DNA from: Somniosus microcephalus
Lineage: Eukaryota
Direction of reading: 5' to 3'
DNA length: 64,000 bases
NCBI GenBank assembly: GCA_052327205.1
Contig: CM126203.1
Location: forward strand, 376,278,001-376,342,000
Part shown: piece by piece, positions 49,801-60,734 of the stretch
Numbering within the stretch: position 1 is the stretch's first letter
Layout of the letters: every line of letters starts with the position of its first letter
Notes under the pieces: generated by a model
The model's database searches: none
What the model was told of the DNA's origin: nothing
What the model saw: the letters and a program-made list of their open reading frames with translations, nothing else
Made by a program: the position numbers and the translations under genes

Positions 49801-51652
49801 CCCAAGGACAGATCAGTCCAGATTATAAGGGAACATAGAGTCAACCCCGCGGAGGGAATGCTATCAGAGGGTGAGGCACATGAGTGTCAGTTAGTAATCA
49901 AAGAAGAGGTCAGAGGAACCGTATTAGAATCACCCCTTGAAAATCCCGAAAACACCTTTTATTTGGACGGATCTTGCCGATATATAAATTGAGAGCCACA
50001 CACCGGTTGGGCAGTAGTATCCGAGAACGGAGAAACAGTCGCAAAGGGAGGGCTTGAAGGAGGAACCTCAGCGCAGGTAGCAGAACTAGTGGCTCTCACG
50101 GAAGCACTGAAATTGGCAAAAGGAAAACGAGTAAATATATACACAGACAGTAGGTATGCATTTGGGGTAGTGATTGATTATATGACAGCGTGGAATAGGA
50201 GAGGATATGTAACCTCCGGAGGAGGACAAATACGGCATGAGGAAGTAGTGAGAGACCTAGTAGAAGCGGTAAAAGGAGCAGAAGAGGTAGCAGTGATTAA
50301 AATAAAGGCACACCGCAAGACAGTGAGCGAGCAACAAAAGGGAAATATGCTAGCTGATCAGGCAGCAAGAGCAGCGGCGGACACAGAGATGCCTACACCA
50401 ATAGCAGCAGGTAGGATAGGAGCAGAGGAAGTGAACATTAAGAGAATCCAAGAGGAGACCGAAATGGAGGAGCAGGAGCAGTGGACAAAGAGAGGTGCAG
50501 CCAGAGGTAGAGATGAAATATGGAAAAAGGACCTCAGGGTGGTAGCCCCTCGCTGTATCCAGGAGAATTTGTTGAAAATATACCATGAGCCAGACCATGG
50601 GGGGCGGAATGGCATGACAGGTAGGCTAAGTATAGATTGGTGGTGGAGTGGAACGGGACAAGATGTGGCAAGATACTGCAGACGCTGCATCATCTGTGGA
50701 CAGCATAACCCAGGTAGGCCCATAAAGGTTAGAATGGCCCACCAGCCACGACCCAAAGGCCCCTGGGAAAACCTCCAGATAGACTTTACTGGACCCCTAC
50801 CCAACAGCAGAGGGAAGAAATGCTGCCTAGTGATCATAGACCAGTTTACAAGGTGGGTGGAAGCATTCCCCACCAGAGACTGTGGTGCTCAGACTGTGGC
50901 CCGGATATTTGCATACGACGTGATACCGAGATGGGGGGTCCCGTTGCAAATAGATTCAGATCAAGGCATCCACTTTACAGGAAAGGTAATGAAGGAAGCT
51001 TGTAAGCTACTGGGAGTAAGACAGAAGTTCCACATCCCCTATTATCCGCAAAGCTCAGGCATGGTAGAGCGAATTAACAGAACCCTGAAACCAGCCTTAA
51101 GCAAGGCCATAACCGAAACCGGACAGGGATGGGTGGATGTCCTCCCATGTATCCTGATGAGGCTGAGAGCCACCCCAAACAGGACTGACACCATACGAAC
51201 TCATGACTGGACGAGCCATGCGTCTGCCGGAAGGAGTAGCATCTGGTAGCGAGGGACTGGGACCCTTAAAAGATAAAATTAAGAAATATGTACAAACATT
51301 GGATAATCAATTGAAGGAGCTCAAACAAGAAGTTAAAGAACAGCAAGACATCAGAGCTAAAAATACACAAAAGCAGGGGGCCTCGGAGCCCCTACCCAAG
51401 GTGGGCGAGCAGGTATTTGTTAAAATATCACCAGAGAGATCGGGATTCTCAGCTAGATGGACCGGACCATTTGAGGTTATCATGACCAGCGATACGTGCG
51501 CATGCATAGATATGAGGGGAAAGGGTAGGTGGAAACATTGGACCCAACTAAAACGGTACAACAATAACCCATCTGACCTTAAATCCCACAAGAACAATGG
51601 AATAAACACCGGAGATAAACTAACATCTGGTGACGACCAGGCTTCTGCTTAA
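46865..51652 (+). pseudogene. pol: ERV pro-pol, interrupted by a CR1, two nonsense codons and one frameshift
   Basis: Removing 47271-48454 restores the frame; stops at 48736-38 and 49990-92; frameshift near 51185; VLDIANRFWSIP, VPQGFHNSP, QYVDD, LQIDFTGP, IDSDQG, SGMVE motifs. Confidence 0.85.
47271..48449 (+). mobile_element. 5'-truncated CR1 inserted in ERV pol, with 5' filler DNA
   Basis: TAAAC duplication at 47266-47270 and 48450-48454; RT motifs; TTCTATGT tail. Confidence 0.9.
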
Positions 51653-51668
51653 TATACAGGGAAACTTC

Positions 51669-51852
51669 ATGAAGGTGGGATTACTGCTGGGAATCATATG
51701 CATATTAATAGTTCACGAAATAAGTGAAGGGACATCCCATATTACACGACAAGTACATGATGAAGAAGCACGTTTTAATGGAACAATCACATTCGGAGTC
51801 TCATCCGCGGTCCCATGTGGGAAAAAGAGGACTGGGAATGTGAACTATGGTA
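51669..51852 (+). pseudogene. env: N-terminus of putative ERV envelope glycoprotein, truncated by a CR1 insertion
   Basis: MKVGLLLGIICILIVHEISEG signal-peptide-like start just after pol; NGT sequon; possible splice acceptor ATACAG ending at 51659. Confidence 0.55.
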
Positions 51853-52142
51853 AATAGAGTCATGGGGGGGATTTTAACTCAGGTGCGGGATGGTGTCGTG
51901 TTATCCGAATTTCGTGCTTCCCACACGAATCTAAATGGATGTGGGAGATTGATGCAATTTTAACTTAATTGGCCAATTGATTTCCGACGTGTGGGAAGCC
52001 TTTGCAAATGGGTTTTTCATGACCGAAAGTTCCCTCCGATGACGTCATCATTGCTGCTGCATTTAAGGTCCACAGCAAGCCTTGCTTCTTCTGCAGACTG
52101 CCAAGCTTCTTGACTGTGCAGTGTGAGGGAGCTGCAGCAAAT

Positions 52143-54133
52143 ATGACAAGCGGGAGGGCCAGATCAGCTCCTCGCTTTGACAAGGTGGCACTGCAGGCAT
52201 TAGTGGATGGGACTAGGGCCAACAGGGAGGTGCTCTTCCCTTCATCAGGGAGGAAGAGGCCTCCCACTCAGACCAAGGCAGTGTGGATGTAGGTGGCTGA
52301 GGAGGTCAACTCCTTGGGAGTCAGCCGCAGAACCTGGATACAGTGCAGGAAAAGATTTCATGACCTTCAGCGCACTGGAAAAGTGAGCATGAATTTCCCA
52401 TCACCCTCAATCTGATCCCCATTGCCTTTCCTCACCAGCACTCAGCTTTAGCAATCTCTTCCTCCACATCCCACTTGGCACTGACATCCATGCACCCTTA
52501 CCCATTCCCTCTCTCTCTATGCTCACATTCACATAACTATTCCACCATGCAGCCCTCACACTCCCTATCATTCTGATGCTTTGAACACAACTGACAACAC
52601 ACAGGGAGGGCCCTTGGTCTTGCAACCTCACTCCATCTTTGTCTCCTTCTAGTATCTATGCTATGCAATCTCTACACTCACTCCTTCATTCTCACTCAAC
52701 CTCCACTTGTCTCCCTCATTGCAGGAAAAGATAGCTCACAACAAAAGAGAGCGAGCCAGGACAGGAGGAGGGACAGCCTCAGTAGCCCACCTGACCCCCT
52801 GGGAGGAGGCTGTCATGGGAATGATGGGAATAGAGGATGATTCGCGCGTGGGGGACAGACAGACGGGTGTAACACAGCAAGCTGGTGACAGAAAAGTTTC
52901 CCATCTCTCTCTTTGACATTGCATGAGTCACTGATAATGATTGTGAAGCTGTAACAGATGGACTTATGAGCATCTGCAAAAAGCTATGTGCATGTAGCCT
53001 TTGCATCACATCTCTGACTCTTTCCTTCACTCCCCCACAGGACCATCACAAGCATCCATCCCCCCTAGCCAGGAAGAAGAGGCTGAGCGGCCAGATTCCT
53101 CAGAGGAAGTTGCAACCTCTGAGGGTGCAGCATCAGCAGAATTCAGCGCACCCAGCACCTGTGCAGACACTCACACCTCGGTGGGACTTTTGGGACATAG
53201 AGTAGTGTTGTCACCTGGTGTATCACAGCTCACAAGTGAGCATCAGCAGATTGTGGAGACAGGGACAGCAGTGGAGAGTCCTAGTCGGAGGGCGCAGGAC
53301 TCTGCCAGCTCGGCTCAGCAGCATGTCGACCCTCTGCCTCTGGGTCCATCCATAAGATCAGAGGTGATGGAACTCCAGGCACAGATGCAGGAGTCTCTGG
53401 CAGGTTTTGTCTCTAGGGTCGCTGCGAGTGTGGAGCGAATGGAGGAGTCCATAGCGAACATGAGCAGAGCCTTTGTGGAGTCATTGGCGCATGAACGCAT
53501 CAACACGGAAAGGATGGCTTCCTCCGTGGAAAGGATTGCTACCTCCGTGGTAAGGCTGGCTACCGTAGAGGAGAGGATGGCTATGGTAGAGGAGAGGATG
53601 GCTATGGCCATGGAGGAGCTTAGTCGCCAGGGTATGGAAAACATGGTAATTGTTCAGAATAGAATGACATCTCTTGAGGAGCGATGGGCATCTATTGAAC
53701 AGAGAAACCAGACCTTCATAGAAGTCCTTCTGAGTAGGACTGCCATTGCAGATACGGGTCCCCATGGCCCCCCTGATGTGCAGCAAGGTGCTCTCCAGCC
53801 ACTTGCAGGCACTGAGGGGGACCTGACCCATGAGAGGGAGGTTGGTGGCAGACCTCAAGGAAGTGGGGGCTCCTCTCCAAGCGCTCACACTTCCCTCGGT
53901 CAGAGCCCCACTGGAGTCCACACCCAAGTGAGACAGACATCTCAACCCCTGCACATCTGCAGGAGCAGCGGACTGTTGACAATCCCTCACAGGCTTGCAA
54001 CCCCAGAGGATGCCCGCAAAAGGTGTCGAGACAGGAGCAGCAGGAAAGTGAGCAAGGGGCCTCCACATCTGCTGAAGCCACAGGGGAGGTACCACGTAGG
54101 AGCACGCATAAGAGGAAAATTCTGCACAAATAG
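52143..54133 (+). pseudogene. Harbinger Myb/SANT-like protein; exons 52143-52382, 52725-52884, 53041-54133
   Basis: APRF..VALQALV...RTWIQCRKRFHDL | EKIAHNKRERARTGGG; canonical GT-AG sites with matching phases; premature TAG at 52290; late frameshift; basic C-terminus RRSTHKRK. Confidence 0.8.
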
Positions 54134-54389
54134 TCACAAGGGTAGTCACTTGGGTGTAATTGTGTGTTTATTGTAAAAATGCATCACGTCGTTATTGAAC
54201 ATAAAAATTCTGATGGCAAATGTTGCAGTTCTGGCGTCTGTCATTTCGCTATTGGGACTTCCACATTGGGGCCTTAGGAATACTTGCAACTGTCAGTATG
54301 GTGGTCAGAGTGCTAGGAATCCTCTGGTTCTTGGCCATTGTCAAAGCTCTGGTAAGAAGCTGCAAGGCAAAAGTGTTTGATTGACTAGG

Positions 54390-55602
54390 CTAAGGAAATC
54401 TGGCCAGGATGAGTGCGTTCCTTGCATCCCGGGCAGCAATGTTCTTGCGTACTGCTGCCGCTGGTTGATGGGCCTCTGCAGGATGCTGCTGCTGCTCCTG
54501 CTCCTCCTCCTCATCATCCTCATCTGAGGAGGATATGTGACGAGCCACTTGGTCCTCAGGAATCTGCAAGCCACGACGCTGTGCCATGTTGTGAAGTGCA
54601 CAGCAAACCACGACGATTCTGGAGACCCTGGCTGCTGAGTACTGCAGGGCTCCACCTGATCTATCCAGGCATCTGAAGCGCATCTTCAGCAAACCGATGG
54701 TTTGCTTGATAATGGATCTGGTGGAAATGTGGCTGGAGTTGTAGCGCTCCTCAGTTTCGTTGGCTGGCCTCCTCAACGGCGTCATTAGCCACGTCCTCAG
54801 GGATAGCCCTTGTCTCCAAGTAGCCATCTGTTAAGTTGATCTGGCGGACTGAATAGCGGAGGCACACTAGACTGGTGCAGTATGAAGGCATCATGGCAAC
54901 TGCCAGGGTACATGGCACAAACATGCAAAATTTCCTTCTTGTGGTCACACACCAACTGAACGTTGAGGGAGTGGAAGCCCTTGCGGTTGACAAAAATACC
55001 TGGATTGCGATGGGGTGCCGTAAGGGCCACATGTGTGCAGTCAATGACACCCTGTATTCTTGGAAAGCCTGCCAGATTAGCTAATCCAACCGCTCGTGCT
55101 ATGACACTTGCTCGATCCTTGGTGAAATGGATGTGATTGTGCGCGAGGGCAAAGAGGGCATCGGTTACCTGCATGATGCAAGTGTGTGCGGCCACCTGGG
55201 AGATGCCGCTGATGTCTGCTGCTGATCCCTGGAATGAGCCTGAGGCAAAAAAGTTGATTGCGGTGGTGACTTTGATGGCCACTGGTAATGCTTGTCCACC
55301 TGGTCCTCTGGGCAGCAGGTCTTGCAGATGTCAGTCACTACCTCTCGCGAAAGTCGGAGTCGCCTTTGGCACTTCTGCTCAGACATGTTGAGGTAGCTGA
55401 CCCTGCGCCTGTAGACCCTGTTTGGGGGGTATCTCCTGCACCGACGGGCTTCCAGGCGCTGGCCCCTTCTGGCCTGTGCAGCCTCAGGTGGGTGAGCAGC
55501 AGCCTGGCGCTCCTGCTGCAGTTATTCCTGGTTCTGCTGCTGCTGCGGTTGGTGCTCGAGCTCCTCTAATGCCCAGATGGGAAGGAAATAAATGGCTCCC
55601 AT
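54390..55602 (-). pseudogene. Harbinger (HARBI1-like) DDE transposase
   Basis: [50 protein letters not shown]; one stop, two frameshifts, and the expected catalytic E reads K. Confidence 0.9.
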
Positions 55603-55909
55603 GCTTCTGGTATATGCCTCAGTTGAGTGTTTCCTACCAGGCGTGTTTCACGTGGGGAAAGGGTTAAAATCGCAAGGGTCTTTCAAAATAGAATTATAGA
55701 GGCCATTTAGTGGTTGTTAAGGACCTTAACGACCAGTCCTGCCTCTTGGATGCAGGACGGAGTCGGGACCATCAGACAAGACTGAGTTAAAATTGCTCGG
55801 AGTCGGGAACCAGGCGGGGGCCCGCCCGCCAGTTTTTGCGATTTTAACCCTCTGCACGCCTCCAAGCCCAACTCCACAGTTCAATGAAAATCGAGGCCAT
55901 AGAGTCATA

Positions 55910-56702
55910 AGGATTGATTTTCCAAGCCCCGAGAAGGTGGGTTTGGAGGCGGGAGTGGTGGGAAAATTGCAGAATCGGGGGGCAGGAACCCATCCCGCCC
56001 CCAACCCGCCTCCGTGCCAATGTCCCAGGAGGCGGGTGCCCGACCTGTGCTGGGAGCCACCTCCTCGAGGCGGGAAGGGGATTAGTGCCAATTAACTGTT
56101 AACAGGCAGTTTTTTGCCTAATCCCTATTTTTAGCCCTGAAGTGTGGGCTTCCCAACGGCTCCGAAACACGCCAAGTTAGCGAGGTCTGCAGGGGTTGGA
56201 GAGGTCGAGATGTCCGTTGTGCAGGTGAGAGATGAGTGCATGTGTGCAGAGGTAAGTGTGTGAGGTAAGTGTAAAGTGTTTTAATAAGTTTTACTTACCT
56301 TTACTTTCTCCTGCAGGCTTCCTTCAGTTCTCGGGAGTCCCTCAGCTCACTGGCACAGAAAACAGAATGGCCGCTGAACTGTCAAAAGCTGCAGCCTCTG
56401 CTTTCTGGTCTGGAGAGATCTCTAACTGAGTCTGAGTAGAAGGACTCAAGTTAGAAGACAGATTGTCCGTGTTAAACGCTGATTTTTCATCTGTCAAAAG
56501 CTCTTGACAGATGAAATGTCAATCGCTGACGTCACCAGTAACCAGATGTCCCTTAATTGGCCTGCTGAGCCCGCTGGGCGGGCTTAACAAGGTCAATCAA
56601 GGGAAAATAGCGTGGGTTGGCCACAAGTCTATGGAGGCGGGACTAAAACCCAAAGAGTGGGAGTCCCGCCTCCAAAAGCTCCCCATTGACAAAATCGAGC
56701 CC
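55910..56702. mobile_element. Harbinger-type MITE
   Basis: Imperfect TIRs AGGATTGATTTT / AAAATCGAGCCC; subterminal TTTGGAGGCGGGA / TCCCGCCTCCAAA inverted repeat. Confidence 0.65.
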
Positions 56703-56704
56703 AA

Positions 56705-59700
56705 TGAGTTATACAGCACAGAAAGAGGCACTTCGGCCCATCGTGTCCGCGCTGGCCATCAAGCCCTGTCTATTCTGTGCACTTTATTATGGTCATATTT
56801 ATGTTAATATACTACAAACCAAATGTATGTTGAATGTTTAAATGTCTTAATCCAAATGTACACTCTCGGGAGCCGCAAGCCTACATTTCGTTGTACTGCA
56901 CTTGTGCACTAACAATGACAATAAAAGTTGATTTGATTTTGATTTGATTCTAATCCCATTTTCCAGCACTTGGTCCATAGCCTTGTATGCTATGGCGTTT
57001 CAAGTGTTCATCTAAATGCTTCTTGAATGTTGTGAGGGTTCCTGCCTCTACCACCCTTTCAGGCAGTGAGTTCCAGATTCCAACCACCCTCTGGGTGAAA
57101 AAGTTTTTCCTCAAATCCCCTCTAAACTTCCTGCCCCTTACCTTGAAAGTATGCCCCCTGGTTATTGACCCCTCTACTAAGGGGAAAAGTTCCTTTCTAT
57201 CTACCCTATCTATGCCTCCATAATTTTGTACACCTCAATCAGGTCCCCCTTCAGCCTTCTCTGCTCTAAGGAAAACAACCCCAGCCTGTCCAGCCTCTCT
57301 TCATAACTGAAGCGCTCCAGCCCAAGTAACATCCTAGTGAATCTCCTCTGCACCCTCTCCAATGCAATCACATCCTTCCTATAGTGTGGCGACCAGAACT
57401 GCACACAGTAATCCAGCTGTGGCCTCACTAGCGTTTTGTACAGCTCCATCATAACCTCGCTGCTCTTATATTCTATGCCTCAGCTAATGAAGGCAAGTAT
57501 ACCATATGCCTTTTTAACCACCTTATCTACCTGTCCTGTTACCTTCAGGGATCTATGTACATGCACACCAAGGTCCCTCTGATCCTCTGTTCTTCCTAGG
57601 GTCCTGCCATTCATTGTGTATTCCCTTGCCTTGTTAGTCCTCCCAAAATGCATCACCTCACACTTTTCAGGGTTAAATTCTATTTGCCACTGTTCTGCCC
57701 ATCTAACCAACCCGTCTATATCGCCCTGTAGCCTGAGGCTTCCCTCCTCGCTATTTACCACTCCACCAATTTTTGTGTCATCTGCGAACTTACTGATCAT
57801 ACCTCCTACATTCATAGCTAAATCATCAATGTACACTACAAACAGCAAAGGACCCAGCACCAATCCCTGCGGTACACCACTGGACACAGGCTTCCAGTCC
57901 CCAAAACAGCCTTCGACCATCACCCTCTGCCTCCTGCCACTAAGCCAATTTTGGATCCAATGTGCCAAATTGCCCTGGATCCCATGGGCTCTTACCTTCT
58001 TGACCAGTCTCCCATGCGGGACTTTGTCAAAAGCCTTACTGAAGTCCATGTAGACCACATCGACGGCACTACCCTCATCCACACACCTAGTTACCCCCTC
58101 GAAAAATTCAATCAAATTGGTCCGACATGATCTCCCCCTGACAAAGCCATGCTGACTATCCTTGATTAATCCTTGCCTCTCCAAGTGGAGACTAATGCTG
58201 TCCCTCAGAATTTTTTCCAATAATTTCCCTACTGGCCTGTAATTCCCTGGTTTATCGCTACTACCCTTCTTGAATAATGGTACTATGTTAGCTGTCCTCC
58301 AGTCCTCTGGCACCTCCCCTGTGGCCAGAGAGGTTCTGAAAATTTGTGTCAGAGCCCTTGCAATCTCCTCCCTTGCCTCACACAGCAGCCTGGGATACAT
58401 CTCGTCTGGGCCTGGGGATTTATCCACTTTTAAGCCCACTAAAACCGTTAGTACCTCCTCCCTCTCAATACTAATTTGTTCAAGTATATCACAATCCCCC
58501 TGCCTGATTTCTATGCCTACATCGTCCTTCTCCATAGTGAACACAGATGCAAAATATTCATTTAAAACCTCACCTACATCTTCCGGCTCTACACACAGAT
58601 TGCCACTTTGGTCCCTAAGGGGCCCTACTCTTTCCCTGGTTATCCTCTTGCCCTTCATATACTTATATAAAACACCTTGGGATTTTCCTTTATTTTGCCC
58701 GCCAGTGATTTTTCATGCCCCCTCTTCGCTGTCCTAATTTCTTTTTTAAGTACCACCCTGCACTTTCTATACTCCTCTAGGGCTTCCACTGTTTTTAGTC
58801 CTTAGTATCTGCCAAAAGCCTCCCTTTTTTTCCTAATCCATTCTTGTATATCCCTTGACATCCAGGGTTCCCTGGGCTTGTTGGTCCCACCCTTGACCTT
58901 TACGGGAACATGTTGGCGTTGTACTCTCTCTATTTCCTTTCTGAAAGACTCCCACTGCTCTGATGTGGATTTTCCTACAAGTAGCTGATCCCAGTCCACT
59001 TTGACCAGATCCTGCCTTATCATATTAAAATCAGCCTTCCCCCAACTTAGAACCTTTACTTCCGGTCCATCTTTGTCATTTTCCATGACTACCTTAAATC
59101 TCACCGAATTATGGTCACTGTCACCAAAATGCTCTCCTACAGACACTTCTACCACTTGCCCGGCTACATTCCCTAGAATTAGGTCCAGTACCGCCCCTCT
59201 CTTGTCGGACTTTCTACATGCTGGCTCAAAAAGCTCTCCTGGATGCACTTTAAGAATTCCGCACCCTCTAAGCCTTTCACACTCTGACTATCCCAGTTAA
59301 TATTGGGGAAGGTGAAATCCCCTACTATTATTACCCTATTATTTCTACACTTCTCTGAGATTTGCCTACATATCTGTTCCTCCATCTCCCTCTGACTGTT
59401 TGGGGGCCTATAGTACACTCCCAGCAAAGTGCTTGCCCCCTTTTTGTTTTTAAGTTCTACCCGTATGGCCTCATTAGAGGAACCTGCTAAGATATCATCC
59501 CTCCTTACAGCAGTAATTGACTCCTTGATTAATATTGCAACACCCCCTCCTCTTTTATACCCCCCTCTGTCTCGCCTGAAGATTCTATACCCCGGAATAT
59601 TGAGCTGCCAGTCCTGCCCCTCCCTCAACCATGTCTCTGTGATAGCAACAATATCATACTCCCATGTGTTCATCAACACCTTCAATTCATCTGCCTTACT

Positions 59701-60734
59701 CGCAAGACTCCTTGCATTAAAATAAATGCCATCCAGCCTTGTCATACTCCCTTGTGCCGTTACATATTTGCTCTGCCTTCCAGGCTGACTTGTTTTTTCC
59801 TCTATATTTGGCTGTGCATCACCCCCTACTATAGCTCCACTCCGTATCCCATTCCCCTGCCAAGTTAGTTTAAACCCCCCCCCCAAACAGCACTGGCAAA
59901 CCTACCCGCAGGGATGTTGGTCCCGTTCCGGTTCAGGTGCAACCCATCCAACTTGTACAGGTCCCACCTTCCCCAGAAGCAGACCCAGTGATCCAGGAAA
60001 CTAAAGCCCTCCCTCCTGCACCAACTCTTTAGCCACGCATTCATCTGCTCTATCCTCCTATTCCTATACTCACTAGCATGTGGCACCGGGAGTAATCCAG
60101 AGATTACAACCTTTGAGGTCCTGCTTTTTAATCTGCTACCTAGATCCCTATATTCTGCTTACAGGACCTCATCCCTCTTTCTACCCAGGTCATTGGTACC
60201 AATGTGAACCACGACCTCTGACTGTTCACCCTCCACCTTCAGAATGCCTTGCAGCTGTTCAGTGACATCCTTGATCCTGGCACCAGGGAGGCAACATACC
60301 ATCCTGGAGTCATGTCTGTGGCCACAGAAACGTCTATCTGTTCCCCTTACGATAGAATCCCCTATCACTATTGCTCTGCCATTCTTTTTCCTCCCCTCCT
60401 GTGCAGCTGAGCCACTCATAGTGCCACAGACTTGGCTCTTGCTGCATTCCCCTGAGAAACCATCTCCCCCAGCAGTATCGAAAACAGAAAATCTGTTGGC
60501 GCGGGAGATGGACCCAGGGGACTCCTGCACTACCTTCCTAGTTCTTTTACTCTGTCTGGCGGTCACCCATTTCCTGTCTGCCTGTGCACTCTTTACCTGC
60601 GGAGTGACCACCTTGTTAAACGTGCTATTCATGAAGACCTCAGCTTTGCAGATGCTCCACAGTGACTCCAGCCGCAGCTCCAGCTCCGAAATGTGGATTT
60701 TGAGTAGTTGCAGCTGGAGACACTTCCTGTACAC
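56705..60734 (-). mobile_element. Near full-length CR1 LINE (ORF1 esterase, ORF2 EN-RT) inserted in ERV env; tail extends to 51853
   Basis: GDSIVRG/CCLPGA/HIGTND ORF1; YFNARS, ITETWL, GVYYRPP, GDF endonuclease; FADD RT; ATAGAGTC tail pieces at 51854-63 and 55899-908. Confidence 0.9.
56777..56946 (+). mobile_element. Short LINE 3' end (Rex/L2-like tail) inserted in the CR1 3' UTR
   Basis: CAATGACAATAAAA followed by (TTGAT)n; ATTCT duplication at 56772-76 and 56947-51. Confidence 0.55.

Larger units (their letters stand above)
43865..51852 (+). mobile_element. Endogenous retrovirus (5' LTR-gag-pro-pol-start of env); 3' part displaced beyond the window by nested insertions
   Basis: LTR, tRNA-Ser PBS, gag with PPPY and two CCHC, DTGAS protease, QYVDD RT, tether plus RNase H (YLDGS, IYTDSRY), integrase, signal-peptide ORF after pol. 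Confidence 0.85.
51864..55897. mobile_element. Full-length two-gene Harbinger transposon (decayed)
   Basis: Ends GGGGGGGATTTT / AAAATCGAGGC; CAT flanks at 51861-63 and 55898-900; convergent Myb-like and DDE transposase genes. Confidence 0.85.

Noticed and set aside
54390-55602. Domesticated host HARBI1 gene
   Set aside because: Flanked by TIR-like ends and a TSD, paired with a Myb gene, and carrying stops and frameshifts: a transposon copy.
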